Assembly: GCA_965235115.1 (NCBI GenBank)
Contig: OZ249436.1
Location: 51,646,001 to 51,710,000, forward strand
Reading direction: 5' to 3'
DNA from: Laetmonice hystrix
Lineage: Eukaryota
Length of the DNA stretch: 64,000 nucleotides
Shown here one piece after another: positions 24,749-36,949 of this stretch. A program made the translations under genes and the position numbers. Within the stretch, counting starts at the first letter, position 1. Each line of letters starts with the position of its first letter. Below the pieces are notes generated by a model, which had not been told where the DNA came from, did not search any database, and saw nothing but the letters and a program-made list of their open reading frames with translations.

Positions 24749-24906
24749 GGGGTGCATTTCAGTATAGCCCAAAGATATATCTTTGAAAACCTTGCTGGAG
24801 CCAGGTGCGAGGATTTTATTGAAACACTCGTTCTCCCCCCATTCATACTGCACTAGTCCAAAAGATATCTTTGGCAAAGATATCTTTTGATATTGAAACG
24901 CACCCC
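24749..24906. mobile_element. MITE with GGGGTGC termini (PIF/Harbinger-like)
   Basis: TIR GGGGTGCATTTCAGTAT / GGGGTGCGTTTCAATAT; internal repeated AAAGATATCTTT palindromes. Confidence 0.65.
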
Positions 24907-25999
24907 TGGTGACTAGTGATGATGTGGTGTTGTACTTAGCCCAATTCTACATGTGTCTAATAGCCTAAATAGGGAGGTTGTGCTGGGAGCTTCCAAAAAG
25001 TAACACTAGGTGGCACAGCGAATACTCGTTTCCGGTCAGGTGCAGTTCGCGGCACTTTGAATTGAAGCATAACTACAAGGGTGGCGCTTTCGTCTCGAGT
25101 GTACAACTTAAGAACAGAGATTTTTCCCTACGAAAGTTGCCATGCCGACGAGACGTGCATAGAGATAGCCTCTGCCAAGCTAAACTTAGGATGTGTGACA
25201 GGTCTGCGATTACGCGAAGCACTTGTCATTGATATCTATCACTGACACACTGTCACTGAGTCTGAGAAAGTGTGCTCAGAACTTTGCCACTTTGTCATAA
25301 ACACAGTTTGCAAAAAATGTTGATTGTCGTCTATTAGAACCATCAGTATCAAAATGTACTGGTCAGTTGGAATGAACCACGGTCCAGGTTGGAGTGAACT
25401 ACTGCCCCAGTCTGAATGTATCATATTCATTCACCTTACATGGTTCTGCCTAAATATAAATGGCCCCCTTAAAGATTTAGACAAATATGTACCAAATTGT
25501 GGAATTCAGACATATATTTGCCTTGCAGGTGTCCCAGGGTGGTCAATAAGTACAAATTTGTCCATCCAACTTAAATCCAATTCACAAATTTGGGGAAACT
25601 CATTGCCTGTTTGAGAAAATGGAAAATAGGGACCCCAATTCTGGTTACATTTAATACAATTGGAATTAATCTCAATCTCTTTTGACTTCTACCCAATTAG
25701 AGCTGCACTACGGTAGATAGAGAGCAAAGCGACCCCAAGTGAGTAGGGCGAGAACTAGCAGCTCTAGTGGTTATGCATTGAATAATACACCACACTGGCT
25801 TATTATTCCCACCAAAACTTATAGCACAGCCAGTCATGGAAAAAGGTGACAGGTCCTGGAAAAAGTCACATCTCCTCTGAGTGACCGCGTCTGGCACCGC
25901 CCTGTATACAAGTACATTGAGTGGCAAATGAACACAACTGATACAGATTCAAAGGCCTAACCCCACCTGCTGGCCCATCCGAGCAAGCTGAGGTAGACA

Positions 26000-27530
26000 G
26001 GCCGGCCCCTGTACCTTCGCCTGCTCACTACACTAAAGCCTGGGGAAGCGATGGGAAGTGGTGGCTGTCATAACTGTTCTTGGAGCCGTTTCAGTCCAAA
26101 ACAATGGCATGGCAGTCTTATCACTCAGCTTATCTCATGTCTCAGGGAGATTGGCTTCATGTGTTGTGATAACTCATGATGGAAAAACAGTGCAAACATA
26201 GGAGTGTATGTCGGTAAAGTGAATTGAAGAGCTCAACGTGATAGCACAATCAATAACTCCAGCACCAATTGCAGCCAGTTATATTAAGTATACAGCCAGT
26301 CATGTTGACCCCTCTTCTTTAGGTTTCCGCATTGAGCGATATTTTCAGCTGCATTGGTCTACACCTATGTACAGACTTATATAGTTAGTAATGGCAGGCA
26401 GACTTACTGTTAGGTTGAGGCTGATGTGGACAGACGGCCAATTGCATAATAACTTTAGAGTGAGGACCACATGTATGTACAGTAGTATTTTCTTTTCAGT
26501 GTAGGCTACCATTTCTGCAAGGACACTTAGCTCACACATGTTTTATTCTCTCATCAAAAATCGCGATAAATTTCAGGTTACGGCATCAAGGTACAAATTT
26601 ACAAGTTATATTTTGTATTGCCTGCCCCATCAAGTTAATATCATCAAATGGCATATTACATCATTTTGTAACCTGAAGCCAGGTTCAGTACTTACTGAAT
26701 TTGTTAAAATTAGATCCAGGACTGTGCAGATCAAAAGATCTTAAAATGTGTACAATTTGAACTATGGTCATGAATTCAAACTGTACTGGTACTGTTTAAA
26801 ATGCCTTTTAAAAATAGAAGCTTGTAATAATTTTTTCAGTTCTGAAAGTGAAATATCAGATATACACGTGTGGCAACAATAGTCGCAGCTATACAAAAGA
26901 GTGTGGTAAAGCAAGCCTGCTGTCATCCATGAAAGAGTAATGCCTAGATCATCTCATGGTTGAATTGTTCTACGATACCTAAATCTATGGAAATGTACTT
27001 TCTGGAAACTTTAAATCTATTATTTTCATTATTTTTTGAGTTTCCCTCTGTGCTGTGGACCATGCAAAGGAAGTCCTAAACTATAGCATAGGAAAATGCA
27101 GAAAATTCAGTGTCAGAGCATTCTTGTTATCCCTCCAGCTTTTGGGGGCCTGGCTAGGTTATCTGGAATGTCAGTGCCTTGAGATTGGCTTGAGGATACG
27201 GTATGTACACAGGAGTTAACAGGATCAGACTATTGACGGCTAAACCAAACTTGTTACTGTTAGGCTGACTTCATGTCTTGTGTATGGAGATATATGGAGA
27301 TTGAAACTATAGCATGTCCCACCAAGTTGGCAACTAAAACATCATGTTGCTCAGTGCTTGCAGTGAGATGTGCACGATCACGCACCATCGTGCGTCCAAA
27401 TTCCGATCGAGGAATGTGAATAACCATGCACTTTGCAAGCAAAACGAAGAGTGTCAAAGTAAATCTATCTAATCTAACCAAGAATGGCCGATTCTTATCT
27501 CGTAGCAGAGTGCAAACAATAAAAACCTGC
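26000..27530 (+). mobile_element. Highly decayed DNA-transposon relic, possibly AcademX-like
   Basis: Frame-hopping fragments AWQSYHSA, YTCGNNSRSYTKECGKASL (cf. xTGCDxxSxFxGKGK), VDHAKEVL...GYLECQCL and a Cys-rich tail; many stops. Weak, by eye. Confidence 0.25.
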
Positions 27531-28240
27531 AAAAATTTGGTTATTTTTTTTTTTACTTTTTTTACTTTTTCTTTTTTCCACTATAATATTTTTTCTAATT
27601 CTTAGATATTTTGACCCTGCAAGAGCTTCCTGTTTGGCGTCAAATGCTAGGATGTTGACCTGATCATGTCTGGGTTATGGCTGTCAAAACTGTCAAAAAA
27701 AGAGCTCTTGTAACCTTGATGTTTAGCAGATATCCAGCCATGAGATGGCCCATGTGTTATTAGGTTGTCATGGTGTTTTCTTATAAATTTATATCATAAA
27801 ATCTTACAACTGAACTGGACTGGACTGGACTGTTATTATGAACATACACTTTCAGTTTCATGTGTTAGAAGTCTTTCTTGAAACATATTCGGTCAATCTC
27901 TCAATATATTGATATTTCTATCAAAATCACCTGCTTTAGCAGCGCTGCCATTGTGGTACTGTCCTGAAGTGGTCACAGTGTCTTATAAAACTAGTTCCAG
28001 TCTATCTCTATTTGCGCATGCTGAGCTGTCTGAGCAAGCCAGCGGACTGATCCTGAATCAGTCGAGCCAGGGTTGTCTCTAGTCCCTAGAGCCTAGGGCT
28101 AGGCTAGAGGTGGCGAGGGTGGGGGGGGGGGCAGTGCCATGAGAGGCTGGACAAGTAGCACACAGACAGGGAGGGAGGGGGTCGGCCGATAGTGCGGGCC
28201 AAGTGTTCCAGCATGCGCGTGTTTCCCTGGAATCATATTC

Positions 28241-28510
28241 GCTACCTTCCAAATCGCTCAACGCCATATGTGTGTAGGTTTTTGGTTCCTCCTAAACTGG
28301 AGAGCAGTCATGCTGTGATTGGTCAGACACTGTGACATCAAATTACCAGACGCTATGGTGGCATACAAATGCAGGCTCCAGCACTAAATGCTTATCTCAA
28401 CTATTTGAGCACCAATTGTGTTCAAATCTTTTCTTACTCTCTTAAAATTTCACTGCCTGTGTGCCTGGCCATGTACCCACTGGGGGAAGCCTTTTCTTTT
28501 AACATGAAAA
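28241..28510 (+). mobile_element. Interspersed repeat family (~300 bp), copy 1
   Basis: AAACTGGAGAGCAGT..GCTGTGATTGGTCAG and AACTATTTGAGCACCAATTGTGTTCAAATCTTTT shared with the reverse complement of 56995-57305. Confidence 0.85.
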
Positions 28511-30162
28511 TATACACTGACAGAATCGATCTCTGGTTTCATTGTGCACAGGTCTTTCATTGAAGGTTTAGATACCATAGGTCTACCCCATTATTATAAT
28601 TATGAATGGTTTGATGTTTGATGGTAAAGTTCCATTCCAATTTTCAGAACTTTGCAACATCAATCAAAGGACAAAAATGTGCAGAGGTGAAATCCTACAC
28701 TGAGTGCTGTTGATTCAGTACTGGCGTCCTGGTGTGGAAGATTAGAAAATGTTCAGGAGATCGGTAGGCCAAGACAGCAGTCACCTCTGTTTGAACAATT
28801 GTTACCACTACTAAAACGTACTTGCAGGCTTATAACATGATAAGCTTGACCGAGTTGTTCCCTCTTGAGCCATGTCACCACAATTGCCAGAACCAGAGCC
28901 ATTCAGCAGCTGGTAACAGGTATTCAGTGGATTGACCCAGATTTTTCTATTCAGTATATGAGGATGTGTCTTGTATTTCTCCACCGACTAACATAGCAGT
29001 ATATCCAGCCAGTTGATGTTACTACAGTTAACTATCGGTCAACGCTGCTTTTCTGCTTTATATCAAGAATCACCTGGACCATCCAGAGAATGAGCTTGCT
29101 TCATTATCTGGATATCCACAAGATTTTTATGGCTAATTATCGTGTCATGATTTAGGGCTTTTAAGAACTACGTGAGAATTTTTCCACAGTTATTTATTAA
29201 GGGAAACAAACTTATTAACGCCTTTACACTGGGGAAAGGAAGGATTTCCATAATAATATAAAATAATTAAATATTTTAAAAGTAGGAATTTGAGTACCCA
29301 TCGAAATTAATGAGAGATGATAGTGAAAGTATTTTTGATTTAGGTCCACAAGCTGAGGAAGAACAGATGATCCTAAATGGTCATTAAATCTTATTAAATG
29401 GCATGGCCAAAATTCAAAGACTTACTGCATGGATAGTTCCAACTATCTAATTCATAATCATTGTAAGGAAATGAATTAAGGAAAGCTATGCTGCAACAAA
29501 GATGTGATTTGCACGCTGCATCGTTCATCTGTGTCTTGAGTGTTACCCCACAGGATAGCCCTGATATGTTGTCACTTGACAATAAATTTAGGTGCTAAAT
29601 TTTAGTTATATTTAAATATGTTAATTGAAGCTAATACGTTTCATGTAGCTGTTTATGATACATGTGTTTAAAAATGAACTTATGAAGTTTATATGTTTCA
29701 TTTGGCTAGGCCATAATTGTTCATGATTTCCAAAGTGACTAACATATATGATAAGTCTCTATCATGTGTATAGGTATTTGAAAGTATGAAACCAAGCAAG
29801 ATTAAAAACTTTTTTAATGAATAATGTTTGATGCACGTTATAATTATTTGAGTGTACATGTACAATGTTTTTGACAAAAATTAAAATTATTAATCATTTA
29901 ATGTGACCTCCATTTGTAATTTGGATGGGCCAGTGATCAGCTTTAAAAAGCCTGACTTGTATGCTGATACAATAATATCCTTGCAGGCTTCAGGGAAACC
30001 GCCTCAGTAATTCTATTAAGTCAGTAAATTTATAGGGAATGTTGGGCCACTTGAAAAGCTAAATTTGATAACAATGCACTCAGAGACGATTTGGTTAACC
30101 TATGCTAGATCTTAAGTTCTCCTAATTTTGTTTGTCTCTAGAAGCTCTCAGGAAAGAAGGCC

Positions 30163-33100
30163 ATGGCGGGCATCGCAGATCGTCTCATGAGGCGTAGCCG
30201 AGGTCAGGCCAGCAATTGGTCCAACTCTGGCAGCTTCATCAACAAGCCTTCTCGTGGGTGGATCCATCCGGATGAGCAACTCGCACCTGACGCTGGAGTC
30301 TGCTACGGAGTCAGGGTGAGCATCAACAAAAGGGCGTGGGGAGAGAAGGCAGTCTCCTTGGTGACAAGGACTCAGAATCTTTGTGATCTCAGTCACCCTC
30401 TGAAGTTGTTACAGTAGACATGTCTTAATGAATTGTAATCAAACATTTCAGATTCACTGTTATTTTGTAGAAATCTATTTGATAAAACTGGAGATTAAAT
30501 AGTTCTGAAGCATTGTGAAGAACCATCTTTAGTTTGTACACAATGTACTCTATTGTTTTATTGCTTTTGTATTTTAGTACATAGGATGTATGGAGGTAAA
30601 GCAATCCATGAAAAGTTTGGACTTTGATACAAGAACTGCAGTCGCAAAGTAAGTAAAGCATCATTTTATAGAAGTTGACACTAGTGAATTGAATGGTTTT
30701 TAATCAGAATAAATGTGTTTAGAATTTATAATACAACGTTTTTGTAAAGCACAATAATCCAGGATTGTATGTACTTACCGAGAGGCCAGTGGGGAATGTA
30801 AGAGGATGTTGTACCAGGAAGCTAGGGAACCACACAAGACATTTTTTTGTGGCATTAGGTCACTGTTGAGGGTACAGTATCAGTCGACCTTGCTGAATTA
30901 ATACCATTTATCCTGTTCATAGGTTTAATTATGTTGTGCTGCAGGGAATCTATCAGCAGGGTTTGTGATGCAGCAGGGTTGAAGACAGCTTCAAAGAAAA
31001 ATAAACGGGTAGGCCAATCAGAATGCTAATTCAGACTGAAAATCGCACTGTTTGTTTTGCATTATTTGATTGTTAATTGTATGTATATAGAACGCTATTA
31101 TTTTTTATTTATATATAAAGCATATCTATAATTAGTGGATATTGCATGACACCATGAGAGTAAGACGGTGCTATGCCTTGACAAAATGCCCAAACTGCAG
31201 TCAACTTGTCAAGGGCATACATGGCATAATGCCATCGTGACCTCATGTCATCATGGCATATATTCACTTTAGCACACTGAGCACTGTGACTTGAAACATT
31301 GTAATAAGAGTTGGACCTGGTTACTAAGAGTGCCTAATACTGGAATAATATAACTTTTGTCAGGGCATAAAGTAACTTTTAATGCTATTGATTAAAATTT
31401 GTACAAAGATCAGTTTCTTCAGAGTCCTTGAAAGAAGTTCATTTAAAGGTCTGTGTCATGCCCATATTTCAGACAAAGATTAGTCGTTTCCTGGGTGAAG
31501 AACCTAATCTTGTGTTTGCGGGGTCTAACGTCAACTTAACCATAACGACTGAGAGCCTTACACTGATGATCATGGAGTCTGGAGAGGTAGGCCACATCAA
31601 AGGTTGCTCCAGTCAAACTCAACACTCGTCGGTTCTATGTTAGGGGTCTTATGCAAAAAAATTTGAGGTTCATAAATAGTTTTTAAATTATAATAACTAG
31701 TGTTTTTGGAAGTACCTTTGCTAGTGGAGGTAGAGTAATTTTGAATAAGCCATGATTACAAACAAGAATATTTGCAGTGGTAATCTAGTTCAGCCCAAGC
31801 AGATAATTTGTACTGTATAGAACCTGCACATTAATATAAAATGGCTTTTCAATGTACAAGTTAAGTATTTGGCACAGTACCTTCACGTATCACTGTTTCA
31901 GATTATTGCCAATCATCAGATGCCAGGAATATCTTTTGCCTCGGGTGGAGATCCAGTAAGTTTTGGTTGGATTTTACAAACATGCGGGTGTGTTTCTTTA
32001 GATGAGTCGCCCATTTCTGTCACATAAATGAAAAAAAACATTTTGTCCCTGGATGTGAAACAGCTATAACATGATAAATACATTGTTGTGTAACATGTCT
32101 TTTCATGTTTCCTATAAACTTCATCTGTTGACGTAACATTGAATGGATTGTTACCCTGGTCTTGAAACCAACTTGTTTTATCTGAACAACTTGCTACCTA
32201 ATATTTAGTTAGATTCGGAATCCTACAGATTACTGGATCTTTTAAATAGAGAAAGTTAGAAGAGGTTACCGGGGTCGGGTAGTGTTTGGGCAGCAAGGTT
32301 TAAAGATTAAAGGAGCATGGTTTAACAAGGTGTAACTGTTTATCATGAAGACATTGTGAATTGAAATGGCAATTTTATTTTATTTAGTAGTTTTTTGTGC
32401 ATTGCACATACATGTGTACCTCAAATGCAGTAAACTTGCCTGAAGCTGCGACGACCTGTTCAGGGAGTTTGTGATGATGTGTTCCATTGTCTTATCTAGG
32501 ATACCATGGACTTTGTGGCATATGTGGCCAAGGACCCTGTGAATGGTCGAGCATGTTTTGTGTTGGAGTGTGGTGGAGGGCTTGCTCAGGATGTCATAAC
32601 AACTGTGGGCCAGGCCTTTGAACAGCGATTCAAACAATTCCTTGATGACCAGACAACAGCTATAACTCTACCTGACAGGTACTCAGCTGGTTTTCATTTC
32701 TTTCATCTGCCGCCTTTTTTTTTAACAGACTAGGAATTTCTATGATCTAGGAATTTAAGTACGGTACATGAAGACAGCCAGTAATTCAAGCACTTAACTT
32801 CTCAATTTTCTTGAATATTACTTTACTTTAAAAATAGACTGGAGAAGCTGTTTGATTTATGACATATTTTCTAATGGTGTAGGTTGGAGAATCCGATGGC
32901 AGGCAGTGATGCATGGGGCGAGGATGGTGACTATTACAATGACCGTCCAGGAGCCAAGCCACCCTCACCTGTTCCAGGAGAGTTACCTCCAGAATATAAC
33001 TCACCCAAGTCTAATATGCCAGTCACAGTATGTTTCATTATTTCGAGTAGAGACTATTGGGGGGGGGGGGGCATAAAAAATCTTATTTATAAGATGTAGG

Positions 33101-36100
33101 TAGGGTGTCTTTAAATGACTTTTGGCGTTCACAATGTAGTTTTGCTGCCTCTGCTTTTTGCAGATACATTGTATTCTCATAATTTAATGGAAGTAATCCA
33201 AGTAAATAGGCATGTGTTCTATGTGTAATTTGTAATGATGAAATGAAGTTTGAGGGCCTTGGTGTGAGAATTCTATGTTGCTGGTCTCACTGCAGGTGGA
33301 GAATGAGGAGTACTCGGCAGTGAAGGAGGATGACGGGCCAAGGGTTGGCAATTTGATAGACCTTGAGCCAGAATCAGTTGCAGCTGACAAAGCAGCAGGA
33401 CAAGGTATGAGGCATGAATTTAATGTGATAGTCTTCACCTCTTTCGGACTCTTTAATATAGAATGAATCTAACTAAATTTGGTGCTAATTACCATAAAAT
33501 TGAAACTTTACACAGAATATAAAGTATAGGTTTTAGATGTCAGCAGATAATAGATCTAGATTGTATTTTGTGCACACTAAGGCATGGCCTTTGTCTAGGT
33601 TTCACTAACAGAAAAGTCTTTATGTCATAAATCACCATTAAGTTAATTTTAAAGGCAGGCACAAGAGTATTGGCTTTGTGTTTCTTGTTTCATTTCCTAG
33701 CAGATATACCTTTTACAGACAAGATGTTTGAGGCTGAGTTATTTTAAGCACAACCTGAGGCAGGGCTTGTATGGTTGCTGAGGCCTGAGATTGTGTGTAT
33801 GCTGCACCCCTTCTGGATTATTGGTGTGTGTGTGTGTAGGGAAGAGAGACCCTCCGAAACAATATGCTCTTCTTGGTCCCCTCTTTTTAAGAACTATTGC
33901 ATAGCTGTTGATGTCTTTATTACTATTAGAGAACATATTTCCAATTTTGAAGATTATTGTATGTCTATTCAAGAATATATTTGGAATTTTCAAGAACAGT
34001 TGAATTCCCACCAAAATCTGTGCAACATCTCTCTCTGACACACCACATTTTTGCTGCTTTGTGAGAAAGACTGAAATGACTCAGGTTAAGAAAATATCAC
34101 CTGCCCTAGAATGCAGTTAGAGCAGAAAGTTTGCCCTTCCTCCCTTGCGTTTGCAGAGCTTTATATTTCAGCTTCACCTGCACCTAATAAGTGTGCAATT
34201 ATGCTTCCACACAGGCTCTGTAGGGGCCATGGCTGCTATCTATGACAACACTAACCAGAAAGAGATTAACAGCTTTGATCCCAAGTTTGATGAGACAATA
34301 TATGACAACAATGAGAACGGGGCGGCAGGGGGCAGCAGCACCAATGGACAACTCGATGCCTTTGACATGAGTGAGTGCTGAAGGATGTAGATGGCATACC
34401 CTCGTATCTGTAAGCCCCACAATCTTGGCATGCCCTCAAATTTCACATTTATCGTAATTTTGGAAAAAACCAAGGATGTGACATAATGGAAAGGGTTTTT
34501 TTTTTCTTCAAAATTTTTAAAGATGCTATAAAGGTCTTATATAATGGAAGGTTCAACCATGGCGGGCTGCAAGGTTGAAGGGGTTAACAGTAGATAGTTG
34601 AGTCAGTAGTCAGTAGTGGTGTCTAAAGATATTTTATATGTCCAATGGAGAAAACATACAAGCTTTAACTTTAGTATAGGGAATTCTTTTAGAATTCGGG
34701 TTCCCTATTATTTCATGCCCTATGTGAATGATAGTTATCATTAAACAATCATGGCAATTTTTTATTCTGACGTTATGATGTAAGAAATTGTCCGAAACAA
34801 ATGATGATTAACTCAGACAAACATTCACACAGTAAATAGTATACATATTATTCTATTCAGGGATACCAGTGGTTCTTGAGAGATAGATGGATGTCGCTGA
34901 TACCTTTGAAAGAAAAAATTTACCCCCAACCAGAAGAGAAATTCTCATTACTTCTGTACTCATTCCCGCTGCCTCCAGATTTGACCCTAACAACTTCCTT
35001 CCCCAGTCATGCCTTAGCAATGGACTTACTTGGAAGTCTTGCTACACCATAGAAACCTTTCCACAAATGCTTGTTGAGCTTAGGACCACAAGAGTGAACG
35101 TTGCACATGTCCTGTATGCTTTCAGAATTTTGCTATATACAAAAGTTTTACATAATGCTTATAGGAAATAGCACTGAAAGAGATTTTCTGCCACTGTGTG
35201 TCTGTTGCTGTTACCGGTACTGTTGCTAAGCCATAAGATCCAAATGGAGATCTGTCTTCCAGAAAACCGTTATTCTTGCGATGACTTGTTTCAGCATTTC
35301 AAGGAATAGCTAATTGGTGGCCAGAGAACGTTTGTTTGAATGATCCTAGATTATAAGACGAGTGCTAGAGACTGGTGGCAAGTTGGCAGTCTCAGACCTG
35401 AATGATGTTTTATGCCAACCAGTGTTCTGCAAACCTACATAATGGCTTTGTTGTTGACACCTTGTTATCAGTTCTAATACCAACTCCAGCACAATGTGTC
35501 ATGAATTATCAGACCATAGGTCACTCCTCTTATCGCAGGTTCCAGTTTTTGAATATTTCTTATGAAAAAACGTATTGCATTGTGTTATTGAAAAAATTAA
35601 TACACATGGATAGGACAAAGGGTGTGATTGGATTATTGTAAGTGTTAGGATTGACTCAATATGAGGTAGTCTACATAGCCATGGTATGTTATAATCTCCA
35701 CAGAACCGTTTACAACAGCTCTACCAGGGGGCCAGAAGGATGCAGTCGGGGGCGCACGGCCCAAGGACAAGGCTGACAACAGTCCTTATCACGAAGATTG
35801 GTTCCATGGGCCTCTCACCAGACATCAGGTAACTTCTATCTCTCGGTCCCTGACAATGAGATCCAGATCTACTTCAATATCCACACCAAGACATTGTCAA
35901 TATGCCATTCAAACGAAACAAGTGGAAGTAGGCATGGTGTGAGTAACCTGTTATCTGATAATCTTCGTACAGACAGAAGAACTTCTTCATGAAGATGGTG
36001 ATTTCTTGGTGAGAGAGAGTGCTAACTCACCGGGTCAGTACGTACTGAGTGGGGTCTACAAAGGTCGCATCCGTCACCTGTTGTTGGTCGATCCTCAAGG

Positions 36101-36380
36101 AGTGGTAAGTATGTTTCTGAGTGGAAACAATAATGCCAACATCATAGATTATGCTAACTCATTATTTAATAGAAATGGATCTTTGAGTGATCTATGTTCA
36201 TTTTGTTAGTGTTAATTCCTGTTTGAAAATATTTTTGGGATGATTCAGGTAAGGACTCGAGATCGCACTTTTACGAGTGTAAGTCATCTGGTCCACTACC
36301 ACCTGGAAAATGGCGTACCCATCGTCTCACAGGAGAGTGAATTAATTCTGAAGAATCCTATGGTCCGTACACCGTGCTGA
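30163..36380 (+). CDS. SHC1: SHC-transforming adaptor protein (PTB-CH1-SH2), SHC1-4 pro-ortholog, 477 aa
   Basis: [54 protein letters not shown] (PTB); DYYNDRPG and FDMKPF (CH1); [29 protein letters not shown] (SH2). Exons 30163-30315,30578-30648,30945-31008,31473-31586,31902-31955,32500-32678,32883-33027,33296-33404,34215-34370,35704-35828,35973-36104,36249-36380 (1434 nt). Confidence 0.97.
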
Positions 36381-36949
36381 CAACAGAGTTGCTGATTCAC
36401 CGAAACGACCCTGTTAGAAAACTTGGTGAAACATGTACTACCGATGGCTACAGAGGTGACAGAATAACAGAGAACATGTACACATCAATGGAGCCCTATG
36501 TTTTATAACAACTCATTGTATACTTGAAACAGATGAAAAATACAAGGGCAACAGTAGTTCAATTTGAAGAAATTGTCAATATATCTACCAAAAGTACCAG
36601 TATATGGTGTGCATAAAAAGAACACCCTCAACAATGCTTCCACATGTATTGTATTACCAACACTTCCGTGTAGATCTGTATGTATTCAGTCAGAAGGCAA
36701 TATTTGCAATGGTTGAGGACAAGCAGTGGTCCTGTGCAACATTGTGACCATTTTCTATGTGTGATTATGATTTAGGGTCAGACACGCAATATATTTATGC
36801 TTCTACGTTTCGCCTGTGCGAGGTGACAGCCAGACTGCCTAAACCATGCATATTATGTAAATAACAGTGTCAATATGCAGGACTCGGGACAGGGTGGGGG
36901 CATCTCACAAAGTGTGTTGTCATACTCATATTTTCATATGTTTATAAGA

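Noticed and set aside
33739-35171. ORFs in SHC introns 8-9 as alternative CH1 exons
   Set aside because: Candidate acceptor at 34860 gives an in-frame stop in the required phase; no recognisable similarity.
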